Assembly (NCBI GenBank): GCA_002269645.1
Contig: NIVC01004172.1
Location: 1 to 56,856 of the forward strand
DNA: 56,856 bases
Direction of reading: 5' to 3'
Source of the DNA: Macrostomum lignano
Lineage: Eukaryota
The notes under the pieces: generated by a model
What the model was told of the DNA's origin: nothing
Seen by the model: only the letters and a program-made list of their open reading frames with translations
Databases searched by the model: none
Program-made: the position numbers and the translations under genes
Shown here: piece by piece, positions 35,401 to 47,262 of the stretch
Layout: every line of letters starts with the position of its first letter
Position numbering within the stretch: the first letter of the stretch is position 1

Positions 35401-38400
35401 TCCAAGGAATTTTCTGCGTTTTTACTTGCAAAAGGAATTCGACACGAAATTTCGGTTGCCCACACACCAGAACAGAACTTGCTGAAAGAATGAACCGTAC
35501 TCTCATCGAATCTGCTAGAACAATGATAACTCATGCTGGTCTTAGCAATGTTTATTGGGCAGAAGCCATCAACACAGCCGCGTATATCCGAAACAGAGTC
35601 CCGACGAACTCGGTAGCGCCAATGATGACACCCTACGAAAGATGGTGTGGACGAAAGCCAAACATCTCACACCTTCGAACGTTTGGCTGTGTAGCTTATG
35701 CTCACATTCCTACATTAGAGAGACAAAAACTTGATAAGAAGACTACCAAGCTTAGGTTCGTTGGCTACAGTGACAATCAAAAGGGCTACAGATTGTTTGA
35801 CGAAAGAACTAGGAAAACAGTTGTTCGTTACGATGTCATCTTCAATGAGGGAGACTTCGGAAAGTTGAATGATTTCCAGCAGAACAATGAAAAGATAAAT
35901 TCACATATGGAAGTGAACCTCGACGAGCACAACAGCCGAACAACTCTGAATGAAGAAATTGAAACTGAAATCCAACAAATTCTGCCAACGACCACGCGAC
36001 AAAGGAAAACCCCAGAGCGTTTTCAATACAATGAGAATTTCGAAGTAGCTAGCCTAAGTACAACAGAGTTACAACATCGTGCTTTTCGAGCCATGGAGAT
36101 TTTGGAACCCAGATCGATTGACGAGGCTTGGAGTTGTGACAATGGAAAGAAGCAACAGACTCGGAATACAACTCTCTGATAGAAAATGATACGTGGGAAT
36201 TAGTTTCTCTTCCAGAAGGACGAGACTGTTGGCAGCAAGTGGGTATTCAAAGTGAAGCATGACAGCTGCGGAAACATTGAACGATTCAAAGGACGCCTGA
36301 TCCTTGAAATGCTGGCGGACATTCTGACAAAGCCAATTCCCAGGCATCAGTTTGAAAATCTGCGATCAATGCTTGGTATTAAGTGTATGGATATGAATTG
36401 AAGTAACTGAAGTAACTAATGTCATTGTCATCCATTTTTAATATCAGAGACTACTGAGTAATCTACCGCGATTAACTTAAATCTTCCAATGATAAGTTTC
36501 CGACAATTAAGTGGGATTGTTGTTTATAGTATATAGCTCGTACTTTTAGTACTTTATATAGTAATTGTCAGATACATAATATTGATTAATATTTTTAATG
36601 CAAATAGCTGTGCGTATCCCTTTCTAGAAAGTTCAATAAATATCCAATACAGTATCGTACCGATATATCTATGGTTGTTAGTTCATATCGCAAATACGCT
36701 AATACTTTAAGTGCCCCCCAAACTGCTCAATTTTTCATCTTGTGTATTTTCTTGTTCAAACTGATAAAATATACTTAATTAAAAGAAGCAAATTTCAACA
36801 GGGATACCCCTGCACCGTCCCCCCGCAACCTGCCTGATCATCAGCCGAAGACTCAGACGGCGTTCTCGGGCCGCGGGGAAAGCCACCGCCGATCACCAGC
36901 CCCGGTTCCGGCGCCTCCCCGACGCCAACGGCCGCCTCCAGAGCGACCTCCTCGCCGTCAGATTCGATGCTCATTGGCGAGCCGGCATCCAGGTCAGTGT
37001 CCCAGCCGGTGAGCGAGTCATCGGCGGGCTCGGCTTCGAGCTCTTCAGCGGATGTTGAAGGCACCTCAGCCTCGGCGGAGTCGGCAGTGGAGGCTGAGGC
37101 GGCCACATCTGGTTTCAATGAGTGCTGCAACGGCGCTGGCAACGACGACTGACAGGGCGGAGTCGGCAGAAGCGACGTCGGAGAGCGCATAGAAGGCGGC
37201 GGCGGGCCGTGAAGGACGAGGCTGCGCAGGTCGGGCCGGACCAGCTGCAGGAACTGCGTGTCTCGCAGCGGGCCGTGGGGCACGGTCTCCACGTGTACGA
37301 TCCAGTCGTTGATGAAGGCGGCGTACACCTGGATGAGGGTTTGTCGATTGTTGGCGCAACTCAGCCGGTTGTGGATGCCGTACATGCGTCATGTGGAGAT
37401 ATTGAATAATACCAGAGACACAAAGCAGCAACCCAAAAAACTTATGGCAGCAAACCCAACAGCAAACCCTAAGCAAAAAAGCAGAAAGCTAAAAGCAGCA
37501 GGCTAGAAGCAAAGACAAAGCAGCAATCCAAAAGCAAAGGGAAAACAGCAAGCTAAAAGCAAAGGGAATGCAGCAAGCTAAAAGCAAAGGGAATGCAGCA
37601 AGCTAAAAGCAAAGGGAATGCAGCAAGCTAAAAGCAAAGGGAATGCAGCAAGCTAAAAGCAAAGGGAATGCAGCAAGCTAAAAGCAAAGGGAATGCAGCA
37701 AGCTAAAAGCAAAGGGAATGCAGCAAGCTAAAAGCAAAGGGAATGCAGCAAGCTAAAAGCAAAGGGAATGCAGCAAGCTAAAAGCAAAGGGAATGCAGCA
37801 AGCTAAAAGCAAAGGGAATGCAGCAAGCTAAAAGCAAAGGGAATGCAGCAAGCTAAAAGCAAAGGGAATGCAGCAAGCTAAAAGCAAAGGGAATGCAGCA
37901 AGCTAAAAGCAACAAACCTGCACGCCAAGCGCGATGACGGCCAGCGCGGTGGAGTGGCGGTCCCCGGCGTCGGCAAAGTGCATCACGGCGATGCGAGACG
38001 GGCCGGCGGTGAAGAAGCAGCTGTATGACTGCCCGCGGCAGGCTTCGAGCAGGGCGGCCTTGCTGGGGCCCCAGGTGTCGGTGACTAGCATGAGGTAGGG
38101 CGAGCAGGTGATGCCCACAGGCGGGACAGCATAGGTCACGGGCGCCATGCAGGAGTTGCAGTCCAGCTGGCAAACGAAGACCTCGTCAACCCGGCAGTTC
38201 TTGTAGCTCATCAGCTGGTCCATGAGGGCGCGCCTTTCCGGGTCGGAGCGGTAGGCCGGGGAGCTCTTGTCCAGGATGGCCAGGATGGCGAAGTATTTGT
38301 CGGTCTTCGAGGTCATCTGGAGGGCAGAATGAACGGCGCGCCTTTTAGCATCCGTCAAACCTTCTACTATTAGTAGTCAGTGCAAAAAGTTCCGAAAACC

Positions 38401-40188
38401 AGAAAATATAACAATAATTCTGAGATAATCGACAAATCCAGAGATTTATGATCCTGAAATCGAGATTTATGATCCTGAAATCCAGAGATTTTTTATCAGA
38501 AAATCCAGACACTTTTGATCTTGAAATTTAGAATATTTATGATTCCGAAATCCAGAAATTTATGACCCCGAAATCCAGAGATTTATGAACCCAAAATCCA
38601 GAGATTTATGATCCCGGAATCCAGAGATCCATATACTAAAAATTATCGATCTAAAAATCAGGATGTTTCTGATCTCGAAGTCCCAGTGAAAGTCCCGATG
38701 CAAAGCTACACTAATCCCAAAACACGCAACCCGAGAGCCTCACCCTGAAGGCGGTCTTGAACTTGCTCTGCACCCTGTCAGCGTAGGAATGGCTGCCCCG
38801 CACCAGCAGGAAGCTGGTCTTCAGGCAGCGGCTGTCCACGGTGGGCACGTAGGGAGGATTGTCGGCCAGGCCGGGCCGGCTCAGCCTGGCGAACAGCCCC
38901 CGCTCCAGGCGCAGGTCGGCGCAGATCAAACGCGTCAGGCATTCGCGCACGTAGCTGAGCGCCTGCGGACCGCCGGTCAGCACCACGACCAGCACCTGCG
39001 GGCAAGGTGGGGTGGATAGAATTAATGCATGATTGATTACTTCACGCTGCACATCTACGTTGCGCAATGTAGTTCAAATCCCAAACCTGGATTCAGAAAT
39101 CCCAAATCTGGGATCAGAAATCACAAATCTGGGACCAGAAATCACAAATATGGGATCAGAAATCACAAATATGGGATCAGAAATCACAAATATGTAATCA
39201 GAAATCCCAAATATAGGATCAGAAATCACAAATATGGGATCAGAAATCAAAAATATGTAATCAGAAATCCCAAATATAGGATCAGAAATCACAAATATGG
39301 GATCAGAAATCACAAATCTGGGATCAGAAATCACAAATATAGGATCAGAAATCACAAATATGGGATCAGAAATCACAAATCTGGGATCAGAAATCAAAAA
39401 TATGTAATCAGAAATCCCAAATATGGGATCAGAAATCACAAATATGGGATCAGAAATCACAAGTATGGGATCAGAAATCCCAAATATGGGATCAGAAATT
39501 CCAAATGTCCCAAAGTTAGAATTTATTAAAATTTGGAATCGAGAATCTAAAACCCTAAAATTGGGGGCCCAAAATAGCTAAGCAGATGTCGAAAATCCGA
39601 CTTGTGAATCAAATACGAATGCGGGCATTACTGTATATTCCAAAACCAGAGATTTATTAAACGAGGGTATAAAATACAAAAGTAGAGGTAAAAAATCCCA
39701 ACTAGGGAGATTCGCAAATCCCACACACAGCGGACTCACGTAGAACTGCATCTGGGAATTCCGCTGCCGACAGAAGCCCATCCGGTGCGCCCCCACAATG
39801 CTGCAGCTCTTCTCGCGCAGGCGGCTGGCGTATTCTGCCGGATCCTCCCGGCACTCAAAGAGCAGCAGGCCGGGCAGGCAGCCCTGCTCCCAGGTGTCCT
39901 GCACGATCAGCGGCGCCACAGTCAGGTTGAGCTTCTGAAGCTGCTCGCTGACAATGTCCGTGAAAGCGGAGTCATCCTCGGAAATGAGCAGCAGGCCGCT
40001 GAACTGCAGGCCCCGGTCGTCAAGGGCCTCCACTGAGCAGTAGCTGGCGTGCAGCGACTCCCCGGACTTCGGCAGGTGCTTGCTCAGCCTCTCGTTGACC
40101 ATGCTGGAGTACACGTTGCGGTGACGGGACCCGCACACAAGGTAGAGCGCCATCTCTGCGGGAGTCACGTGACCGCCTTCAGGTACAC
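23458..40188 (-). CDS. Uncharacterised multi-exon protein with several degenerate RRM-like modules; exons complement(39740-40188, 38744-38995, 37918-38316, ~36808/36816-37328, 23458-24102); 5' end not found
   Basis: Strong GC3 codon bias. GT-AG junctions TAC|GTGAGT, cag|GTG, AGG|GTGAGG, cag|ATG, CAG|GTTTGT, cag|GTG, cag|CCT are all phase 0. The donor of the last intron is ambiguous. The first visible exon is phase 1, implying an upstream exon or a start at ATG 40153. Confidence 0.75.
24133..24199. repeat. 22-bp tandem repeat x3 (GAGATACTCGGGCTTGCAGTAT) in the host intron next to the Copia
   Basis: Three visible copies; a fourth degenerate unit (gggatacccctgca) continues beyond the Copia at 36801. 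Confidence 0.8.
24205..24487 (+). repeat. Copia 5' LTR
   Basis: (C)GTTG...CAACA; three substitutions versus the 3' LTR (280/283), including T>C at the first base. Confidence 0.95.
24603..25265 (+). pseudogene. Copia gag, N-terminal part, cut within the CCHC knuckle
   Basis: MAASEEKWHIEKLTKDNWMTWKIQMKHCLIARRLW...DQVVILLSSLPDSY...KC. One frameshift at ~25021. The knuckle resumes at 34361 as TCGKEGHFSREC. Confidence 0.9.
27883..31087 (+). CDS. CACTA/EnSpm-type DDE transposase, spliced, one apparent frameshift
   Basis: Acidic N-terminus; RHRLTRCALTDLL; HYCLSC...CPCC; VNID, LDAP and QFE as candidate D-D-E; QFNALFGCDHC; CYLH (CxxH); TYNMH...FGP. Introns 28471-28554, 28995-29100, ~29296-29374 (phase unresolved), 29840-29935, 30295-30385. 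Frameshift ~28670. Confidence 0.85.
31646..33350 (+). CDS. Second transposon gene: B-box zinc finger + coiled coil + BEN domain; introns 31995-32103 and 32751-32837; start uncertain
   Basis: CTFC-x8-CDRC-x7-CDGC-x4-H-x7-H; heptad helix LEEQLGEARTTANRLDATIVELREQV; BEN-like SRLIRKLLQALFTKEELQISSWSGK...KLDVL...VFKNMADNSRR. Splice phases match. Confidence 0.75.
34361..36400 (+). pseudogene. Copia pol remnant: CCHC end, protease, GAG-pre-integrase, integrase, RT/RNase H nearly all deleted
   Basis: WIIDSGATRHM; LWHQRLGH...CEAC; LVHSDICGP, LRTDGGGEY, ERMNRTL. In-frame stop at ~34687 and frameshift at ~35480. ERFKGRL is joined directly to EMLADILTKP at ~36300. Confidence 0.92.
36518..36800 (+). repeat. 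Copia 3' LTR
   Basis: TGTTG...CAACA, 283 bp, preceded by aagtgggat. Confidence 0.95.
37545..37911. repeat. Intronic minisatellite, 25-bp unit AAGCTAAAAGCAAAGGGAATGCAGC
   Basis: About 14 near-identical units. Confidence 0.96.
38435..38630. repeat. Intronic degenerate minisatellite, ~22-23-bp unit AAATCCAGAGATTTATGATCCTG
   Basis: About 9 diverged units. Confidence 0.85.
39095..39500. repeat. Intronic minisatellite, 21-bp unit GGGATCAGAAATCACAAATAT
   Basis: About 19 units. Confidence 0.95.
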
Positions 40189-40469
40189 CTGCAAGATGCA
40201 AACAGGAATGCCAAATATCTTAGATAAATTTAGATACCCGGTGCAGGTAACACAGGTAAAATAGGAAACAGTTGACTCTAATGACTCTAATATGAGACTT
40301 TATGGTACCATTGGCCAAAAATTTGTCAAGCGGTCGATTTTTTAGGCTTATAATTGTTTGCAACTCTGAAACGACTCTGGGGCCACAGATTTCTATTCTA
40401 AGGCATGCCAGGGTCGCTGTAGATTTTAGAATCACTGAGTTGCGTCTAAAGCGCATCTGCGGCACTTCT

Positions 40470-40640
40470 GTCTGGGGGATGCTTGCTGTCTGGGGGATGC
40501 TTGCTATTTGGGGTTGCATGCTATCTGGGGGATGCTTGCTGTCTGGGGTTGCTTGCTATCTGGGGGATGCTTGCTGTCTGGGGGATGCTTGCTGTCTGGG
40601 GTTGCTTGCTATCTGGGGGATGCTTGCTGTCTGGGGATGT
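40470..40640. repeat. Minisatellite, ~18-19-bp unit CTGGGGGATGCTTGCTGT
   Basis: About 9 units. Confidence 0.9.
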
Positions 40641-43600
40641 TTTCTTTTAGAGGGAATGTCTGTTGTCTTTGTGAAGGCTTTATTTTGCTGTCTTTTTGTT
40701 ACTAGTAGAGACCAGGGATTCTATCCAGATGTCCTCCATCAGGGGCGAAGATTGCTAGTTCTTTTTACTAAATATTTATACTAAGTCACTCAGTCCATTA
40801 AATAACTAACCTGGTAGTATACTTGTGAGTACAATTCTGTCATAGCTACAGATTATAGCTATAGAAAGTTATGAATATAGAGGTTCTTAGCCTGTTAGAA
40901 AATCAAGCAATTAGAGATTTTCAAGGCTATACACTTGTATATACATTGTATAGGATCAGAAACCAATAGGGACTAAAGTTCAAAATACAAAGGGCCTAAG
41001 AAAGCTCTTCAGTCTCTAAGGTTAGAGACTCAAGCAACAGAGATTTTCAATATATAATTTGTGTTAGACAAAATGCAAAGATATATCTATAAAGCTGCTA
41101 TTACACTTGTCAATATCTAATTTGTCAAGTTGACAAATTTAGTTTACTTTACCATGCATGTGCAATACCCAGCCAATCTGGCTAGCTAGTAAGGGGCCTA
41201 GCAAAATAGGTTACAAAAATGCCTATCCAAAATGCAGATAGGCCTATAGTACTAATTAGATGCTGAGACACTTAGCCTTAATACAATAGCCATAGCTACT
41301 TTTGCTAATATAGGAAAAATTTCATAAATTTTTATTTAGGGTTTCTTTTATTGGTAAGTTGCATTTTGGTAAAAAAGTAAATGCTAGCACTCCAACCTTA
41401 TATAAAAGGCTTTAGTCTTCATTACTAATAGGCTTTTAATATTACCAATTCTAGAACCAGAATTGATTCGAAGCTTTTTATATTGCCTAGGCCTATTCTG
41501 TTTTTAGAATTGGTTCCAGAACTGTGTTTTGGTTCTGGAATTTGGATCAAGAAATTTTCTCAATCAATTGTCATGTCTATATTTTAATAGTAAAATAGAT
41601 TTGAAATAATCAATTTTTTTATTAGTGGTATAGGCCTATAATAATTATTCCATTTTTTGTCATATCCAAAAAGAAATAAAGTCAAGGAAAAACAAAATTA
41701 AAAGTCTTTTCCAGCTTTTCATTTTCTTATCAATTCTAGTTCTGGAATTAGAGTTATTCTGGTTCTAAAATTGGAATTATTCTGGTTCTGGAACTTGTTT
41801 AGATAATTTACTTCATTAGATCATTGAGGTTAATAAAAACGCCCAACTAAGTAGTTACAGTTGCAGTCAATTGTTCGAGTGCTCGCTCAAGTTATTAGCA
41901 TATTGAATTGAATTACTTCACTTATTATTATTCAATTTGACTTCAAATCTGATTGCTATACTTGCTATTGACTTTATTATTTTTGGAAAATAATTGGCAA
42001 CCACAGCTATCCTACTAGGCCTACACACTACACATACAATCCCAACATTTTGAAAATTCAAACAAGACCCAAACAAACCAAACCTCTTTCTTTACAAACT
42101 GATCTTCCTAAAAAGCCTATAGGTAGGTAGGTATTGAAAGACAAAGCTTATAAGGGCCTATCAACTTAAGCTCATAAAATGGAGCCAAAATAACCTATAT
42201 ATACAAATAATGTCATTCTGCTCACAGTGACACTAGGAAGCTGAACTTGGCAATTTTTTTACAAAATTAGGACAGTTTTGTTTAACTACTCATAATTTCC
42301 AAAATATTTTACCTCGATACAGCTCGAGTCCTAATTATTATTTTGTCTTAACTAGGCCTAGCCAGGAAAAATAGTATAAAAGAATGCATTTTGACTCGTA
42401 TCAAGCCTTAAAATAGTTCATTGAGTAATTGAGAAGGTTAATAGTGAGTTCCAGAGTAATATTTTGATAAGTTTTTTCTGAGTTAATTCATTTTTTGCTA
42501 GAGTGAATACACATGACATATAGTATGTATATTTAGTATATTTAGATTATGGACAAGCATTCAAACATACAAATCTTAGACATTTAGTATATTTAGATTT
42601 AGAAGGGGACCTGGTTTTGAAACCGGCACGTCACATGTATCCACGCGATTAAGTAATAGTAGTAACAGTAGTAGTAATAATAAAGTGGATCAGGCTAGAC
42701 AGCCTGTTTGACAAATATGAATTAAACTATATTTTGTTAACTGGTGTATCGTAGTTGTCTTATGTCTTGCTTGTCTTGTCTTCGAGCGTAAAACATTTTC
42801 TATGAAATTGTTGAATTTCGCGAATTAAAGATTTGACGGTATATATAATTTAAGCAAATTATGCAGCAAAGAGAAAAGAAAAAGCAAAGTACGTTGACGC
42901 ACAGATAATATTGATAGCCAGAAAAACGAGCTTAGTATCATTTGGTTTGCCGGTATGAAATGCATCTAAATGCATTTACGTCACAAATTCAACCCCAGAG
43001 ACTTCAGTTTTTAATCTTTTTTATCACGCTTTATAATTTTTATGAAACGGATAAATCAACTGAGTTGTGCCGTTTTTATGATTTTTAGGCACAGGACGTG
43101 TGTACGTACCCATACTGCCAGGTTATGTTGCAGCAACGTTGCTGTGACGTAACTGGCAGAGGGGGTAGATATACATGTACCAAGCTCTACGAATATCAAT
43201 ACAGCTGCAAGTCATGCATATGTCAAAAGATGAATATTGGGTCTCCCTGCTGTCAAAAGAAATTACAAATTTTGTGCTGAAAAAGTGATTAACCTCCATT
43301 CTCCCTAATGGTTTTTTCGATATAACCTGCCTCCTAAATTTTTCCAAGAAACATAGTTTCCTCTCCTAACTGAGTAGTCCTTTATTGGAGTGGATGCAGA
43401 AAGAATGGTGACAGAGTTGGTGGTAGAGTATTTTAGAGAGAGTGATGAGAGAGTGGTGGAGAGTGGGTGAGAGAGTGGCTTTGACTTGGTTAAATGGGCA
43501 GAGTTGCGCAGCATGCTACTGACATCAGTAAATATGCCCCGTCCATGGTTACAAAAGCGCGTCCCTCGGGGAATGCGTGTTTCAAACTCTCTTGCCGGTG

Positions 43601-44123
43601 CCCCGGCGCTGAGAAGCCGTAGGCAAAAAATGCTGACCGAAAGACAAAGTTTCTCTTATTTACCCCAAGAAGCAATTCGAATCAATTTGATAATAAAAAA
43701 TATGAAAATGCGTTCGTATAAAACTTCCTCGGTGGATTTTTTAAGTGTCGCGCAACAGTTCATAGGACTCCAAGGGAATTTTTTGGCAGTAAATTCTTAC
43801 TGAGTCCTGACAAACTTTTTTGAAAATTCATTTGCGTCCTGGTGCGTGGCAAGTGGAGCTGCACTTGAACTAGGAATCAGCGAGGTTATGATAAGCGAAA
43901 CATCTGCTGAAGATAGTTTGTGGCGAAGCCATGCAGCCCTCTCCTGATTAACAAGGCCTTGTACATGTATGGAAAACAAAGCGTCCTGTTTTGAAATCCT
44001 ATATACTAAAAATGGTCTGTCTGTGTCTATCTATCTATCTATCTATCTATCTATGTGATCGATTAGAGAAAAAATGGCTGGACCGATTTTGTTCGAACTT
44101 GCACTGTTCGATCAGAAATTTTC

Positions 44124-47100
44124 CCGTGACGGTACATGCATCGTGGCTAAGAAATAGCTCGATGCTAAAGGCATTAAATATTCGAAAAACATGCTTTTTT
44201 GCAAAGGTCAAGCAAACTTTTCGACTTGAAATGCATTGTAAGAATGCTAGAGAAAAAACTGACTGGTTGAATTCTGATTCTGAAATAGATTGCATCATAA
44301 CTGAATTGTAACTCCGACTTGAATTGAAAATGCAGTGTGGAAGCGTAGCACCAGACTTGATTTAAATTGCGTAACCATATTGTTAACTGATACTGACTGA
44401 CTGAGAAACTGATTATGTCATAACTGCTTCGTGTGATTTACTCTATGCTTGGATTTTAAAGTGTTGAATTATATAAGTGAAAAATTTGATGTTATCAAAA
44501 CGATGAGAGCTAGCCTAGAGGTGAACAGACTGAACTGCTAAATGCAGCGACGATGGTTCGAATTTTCATAGAGTATAATTTTTTTAATTAAAGCTTTTCA
44601 ACGTCAGGAAAACTAAAAGACTTTTTAAAAAGAAGCGTCATGTAAAAATCATAGAAGCTTCATTTAAAAAATCATAGAAGCGTCATGTAAAAAATCATAG
44701 AAGCGTCATGTAAAAAATCATAGAAGCGTCATGTAAACAATCATGGAAGCGTCATGTAAAAAATCATAGAAGCGTCATATAAAAATCATAGATGCGTCAT
44801 TTAAAAAATCATAAAAGCGTCATGTAAAAAATCATAGAAGCGTCATGTAAACAATCATAGAAGCGTCATGTAAAAAATCATAGAAGCGTCATGTAAAAAA
44901 TCGTAGAAGCGTCATGTAAAATATCATAGAAGCGTCATTGAAAAAATCATAGAAGCGTCAAGTAAAAAATCATAGAAGCGTCATGTAAAAAATCGTAGAA
45001 GCGTCATGAAAAAAATCGTAGAAGCGTCATGTAAACAATCATAGAAGCGTCATGTAAACAATCATAGAAGCGTCATGTAAACAATCATAGAAGCGTTTTT
45101 TTTAAAAATCATAGAAGCACCATGTAAACAATCATAGAAGCGTCATGTAAAAAATCATAGAAGCCTCATGTAAAAAATCATAGAAGCGTCATGTAAACAA
45201 TCATAGAAGCGTCATGTAAACAATCATAGAAGCCTCATGTAAAAAATCATAGAAGCGTCATGTAAACAATCATAGAAGCGTCATGTAAACAATCATAGAA
45301 GCGTCATGTAAACAATCATAGAAGCGTCATGTAAACAATCATAGAAGCGTCATGTAAAAATCATAGAAGCGTAATTTAAAAAATCATAGAAGCGTCATGT
45401 AAAAAATCATAGAAGCGTCATGTAAAAATCATAGAAGCGTCATGTAAACAATCATAGAAGCGTCATGTAAAAAATCATAGAAGCGTCATATAAAAATCAT
45501 AGATGCGTCATTTAAAAAATCATAAAAGCGTCATGTAAAAAATCATAGAAGCGTCATGTAAACAATCATAGAAGCGTCATGTAAACAATCATAGAAGCCT
45601 CATGTAAAAAATCATAGAAGCGTCATGTAAACAATCATAGAAGCGTCATGTAAACAATCATAGAAGCGTCATGTAAACAATCATAGAAGCGTCATGTAAA
45701 CAATCATAGAAGCGTCATGTAAAAATCATAGAAGCGTCATGTAAACAATCATAGAAGCGTCATGTAAAAAATCATAGAAGCGTCATATAAACAATCATAG
45801 AAGCGTCATGTAAACAATCATGGAAGCGTCATGTAAAAAATCATAGAAGCGTCATATAAAAATCATAGATGCGTCATTTAAAAAATCATAAAAGCGTCAT
45901 GTAAACAATCATAGAAGCGTCATGTAAACAATCATAGAAGCGTCATGTAAAAAATCGTAGAAGCGTCATGTAAAATATCATAGAAGCGTCATTGAAAAAA
46001 TCATAGAAGCGTCAAGTAAAAAATCATAGAAGCGTCATGTAAAAAATCGTAGAAGCGTCATGAAAAAAATCGTAGAAGCGTCATGTAAACAATCATAGAA
46101 GCGTCATGTAAACAATCATAGAAGCGTCATGTAAACAATCATAGAAGCGTTTTTTTTTTAAATCATAGAAGCGCCATGTAAACAATCATAGAAGCGTCAT
46201 GTAAAAAATCATAGAAGCCTCTTGTAAAAAATCATAGAAGCGTCATGTAAACAATCATAGAAGCGTCATGTAAAAAATCATAGAAGCCTCATGTAAAAAA
46301 TCATAGAAGCGTCATGTAAACAATCATAGAAGCGTCATGTAAACAATCATAGAAGCGTCATGTAAACAATCATAGAAGCGTCATGTAAACAATCATAGAA
46401 GCGTCATGTAAAAATCATAGAAGCGTAATTTAAAAAATCATAGAAGCGTCATGTAAAAAATCATAGAAGCGTCATGTAAAAAATCGTAGAAGCGTCATGT
46501 AAAAAATCGTAGAAGCGTCATGTAATAATCATAGAAGCGTCATGTAAACAATCATAGAAGCGTCATGTAAACAATCATAGAAGCGTCATGTAAACAATCA
46601 TAGAAGCGTTTTTTTAAAAAATCATAGAAGCGCCATGTAAACAATCATAGAAGCGTCATGTAAAAAATCATAGAAGCCTCATGTAAAAATCGTACAAGCG
46701 TCATTTAAAAATCATAGAAGCGTTTTTTTTAAAAATCATAGAAGTGTCATGTAAACCGTGACGGTACATGCATCGTGGCTAAGAAATAGCTCGATGCTAA
46801 AGGCATTAAATATTCGAAAAACATGCTTTTTTGCAAAGGTCAAGCAAACTTTTCGACTTGAAATGCATTGTAAGAATGCTAGAGAAAAAACTGACTGGTT
46901 GAATTCTGATTCTGAAATAGATTGCATCATAACTGAATTGTAACTCCGACTTGAATTGAAAATGCAGTGTGGAAGCGTAGCACCAGACTTGATTTAAATT
47001 GCGTAACCATATTGTTAACTGATACTGACTGACTGAGAAACTGATTATGTCATAACTGCTTCGTGTGATTTACTCTATGCTTGGATTTTAAAGTGTTGAA

Positions 47101-47262
47101 TTATATAAGTGAAAAATTTGATGTTATCAAAACGATGAGAGCTAGCCTAGAGGTGAACAGACTGAACTGCTAAATGCAGCGACGATGGTTCGAATTTTCA
47201 TAGAGTATAATTTTTTTAATTAAAGCTTTTCAACGTCAGGAAAACTAAAAGACTTTTTAAAA
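44124..47262. repeat. Tandem segmental duplication, period 2632 bp: unique ~507-bp block at 44124-44630 repeated at 46756-47262, each followed by satellite
   Basis: Both blocks start ccgtgacggtacatgc and end gactttttaaaa; constant offset 2632; identical as far as can be read by eye. Confidence 0.93.
44631..46755. repeat. Satellite array 1, 22-23-bp unit AAA(A/C)AATCATAGAAGCGTCATGT
   Basis: About 90 units with recurring variant order. Confidence 0.97.

Larger units (their letters stand above)
24205..36800 (+). mobile_element. Ty1/Copia LTR retrotransposon, defective, interrupted by a CACTA element
   Basis: Two 283-bp LTRs; 5-bp TSD GGGAT at 24200-24204 and 36801-36805; PBS GATTATGGGCCCAG at 24488; purine-rich PPT before 36518; domain order gag-protease-integrase-RT/RH. 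Confidence 0.96.

Noticed and set aside
39029-39529. 166-aa ORF of GIRNHKY repeats, and similar ORFs at 8081-8830, 10951-11274, 14747-15560, 22188-22881, 40302-40784
   Set aside because: Translations of stop-free minisatellites, open in several frames or on both strands, and intronic or inside a MITE.
42600-42615. AAGGGGACCTGG resembling a Kolobok-type MITE terminus
   Set aside because: No matching inverted terminus or TTAA target duplication found.
40650-43990. Upstream exon or extra gene in the AT-rich stretch
   Set aside because: Only short low-complexity ORFs without codon bias; the first exon of the RRM-like gene could not be located.
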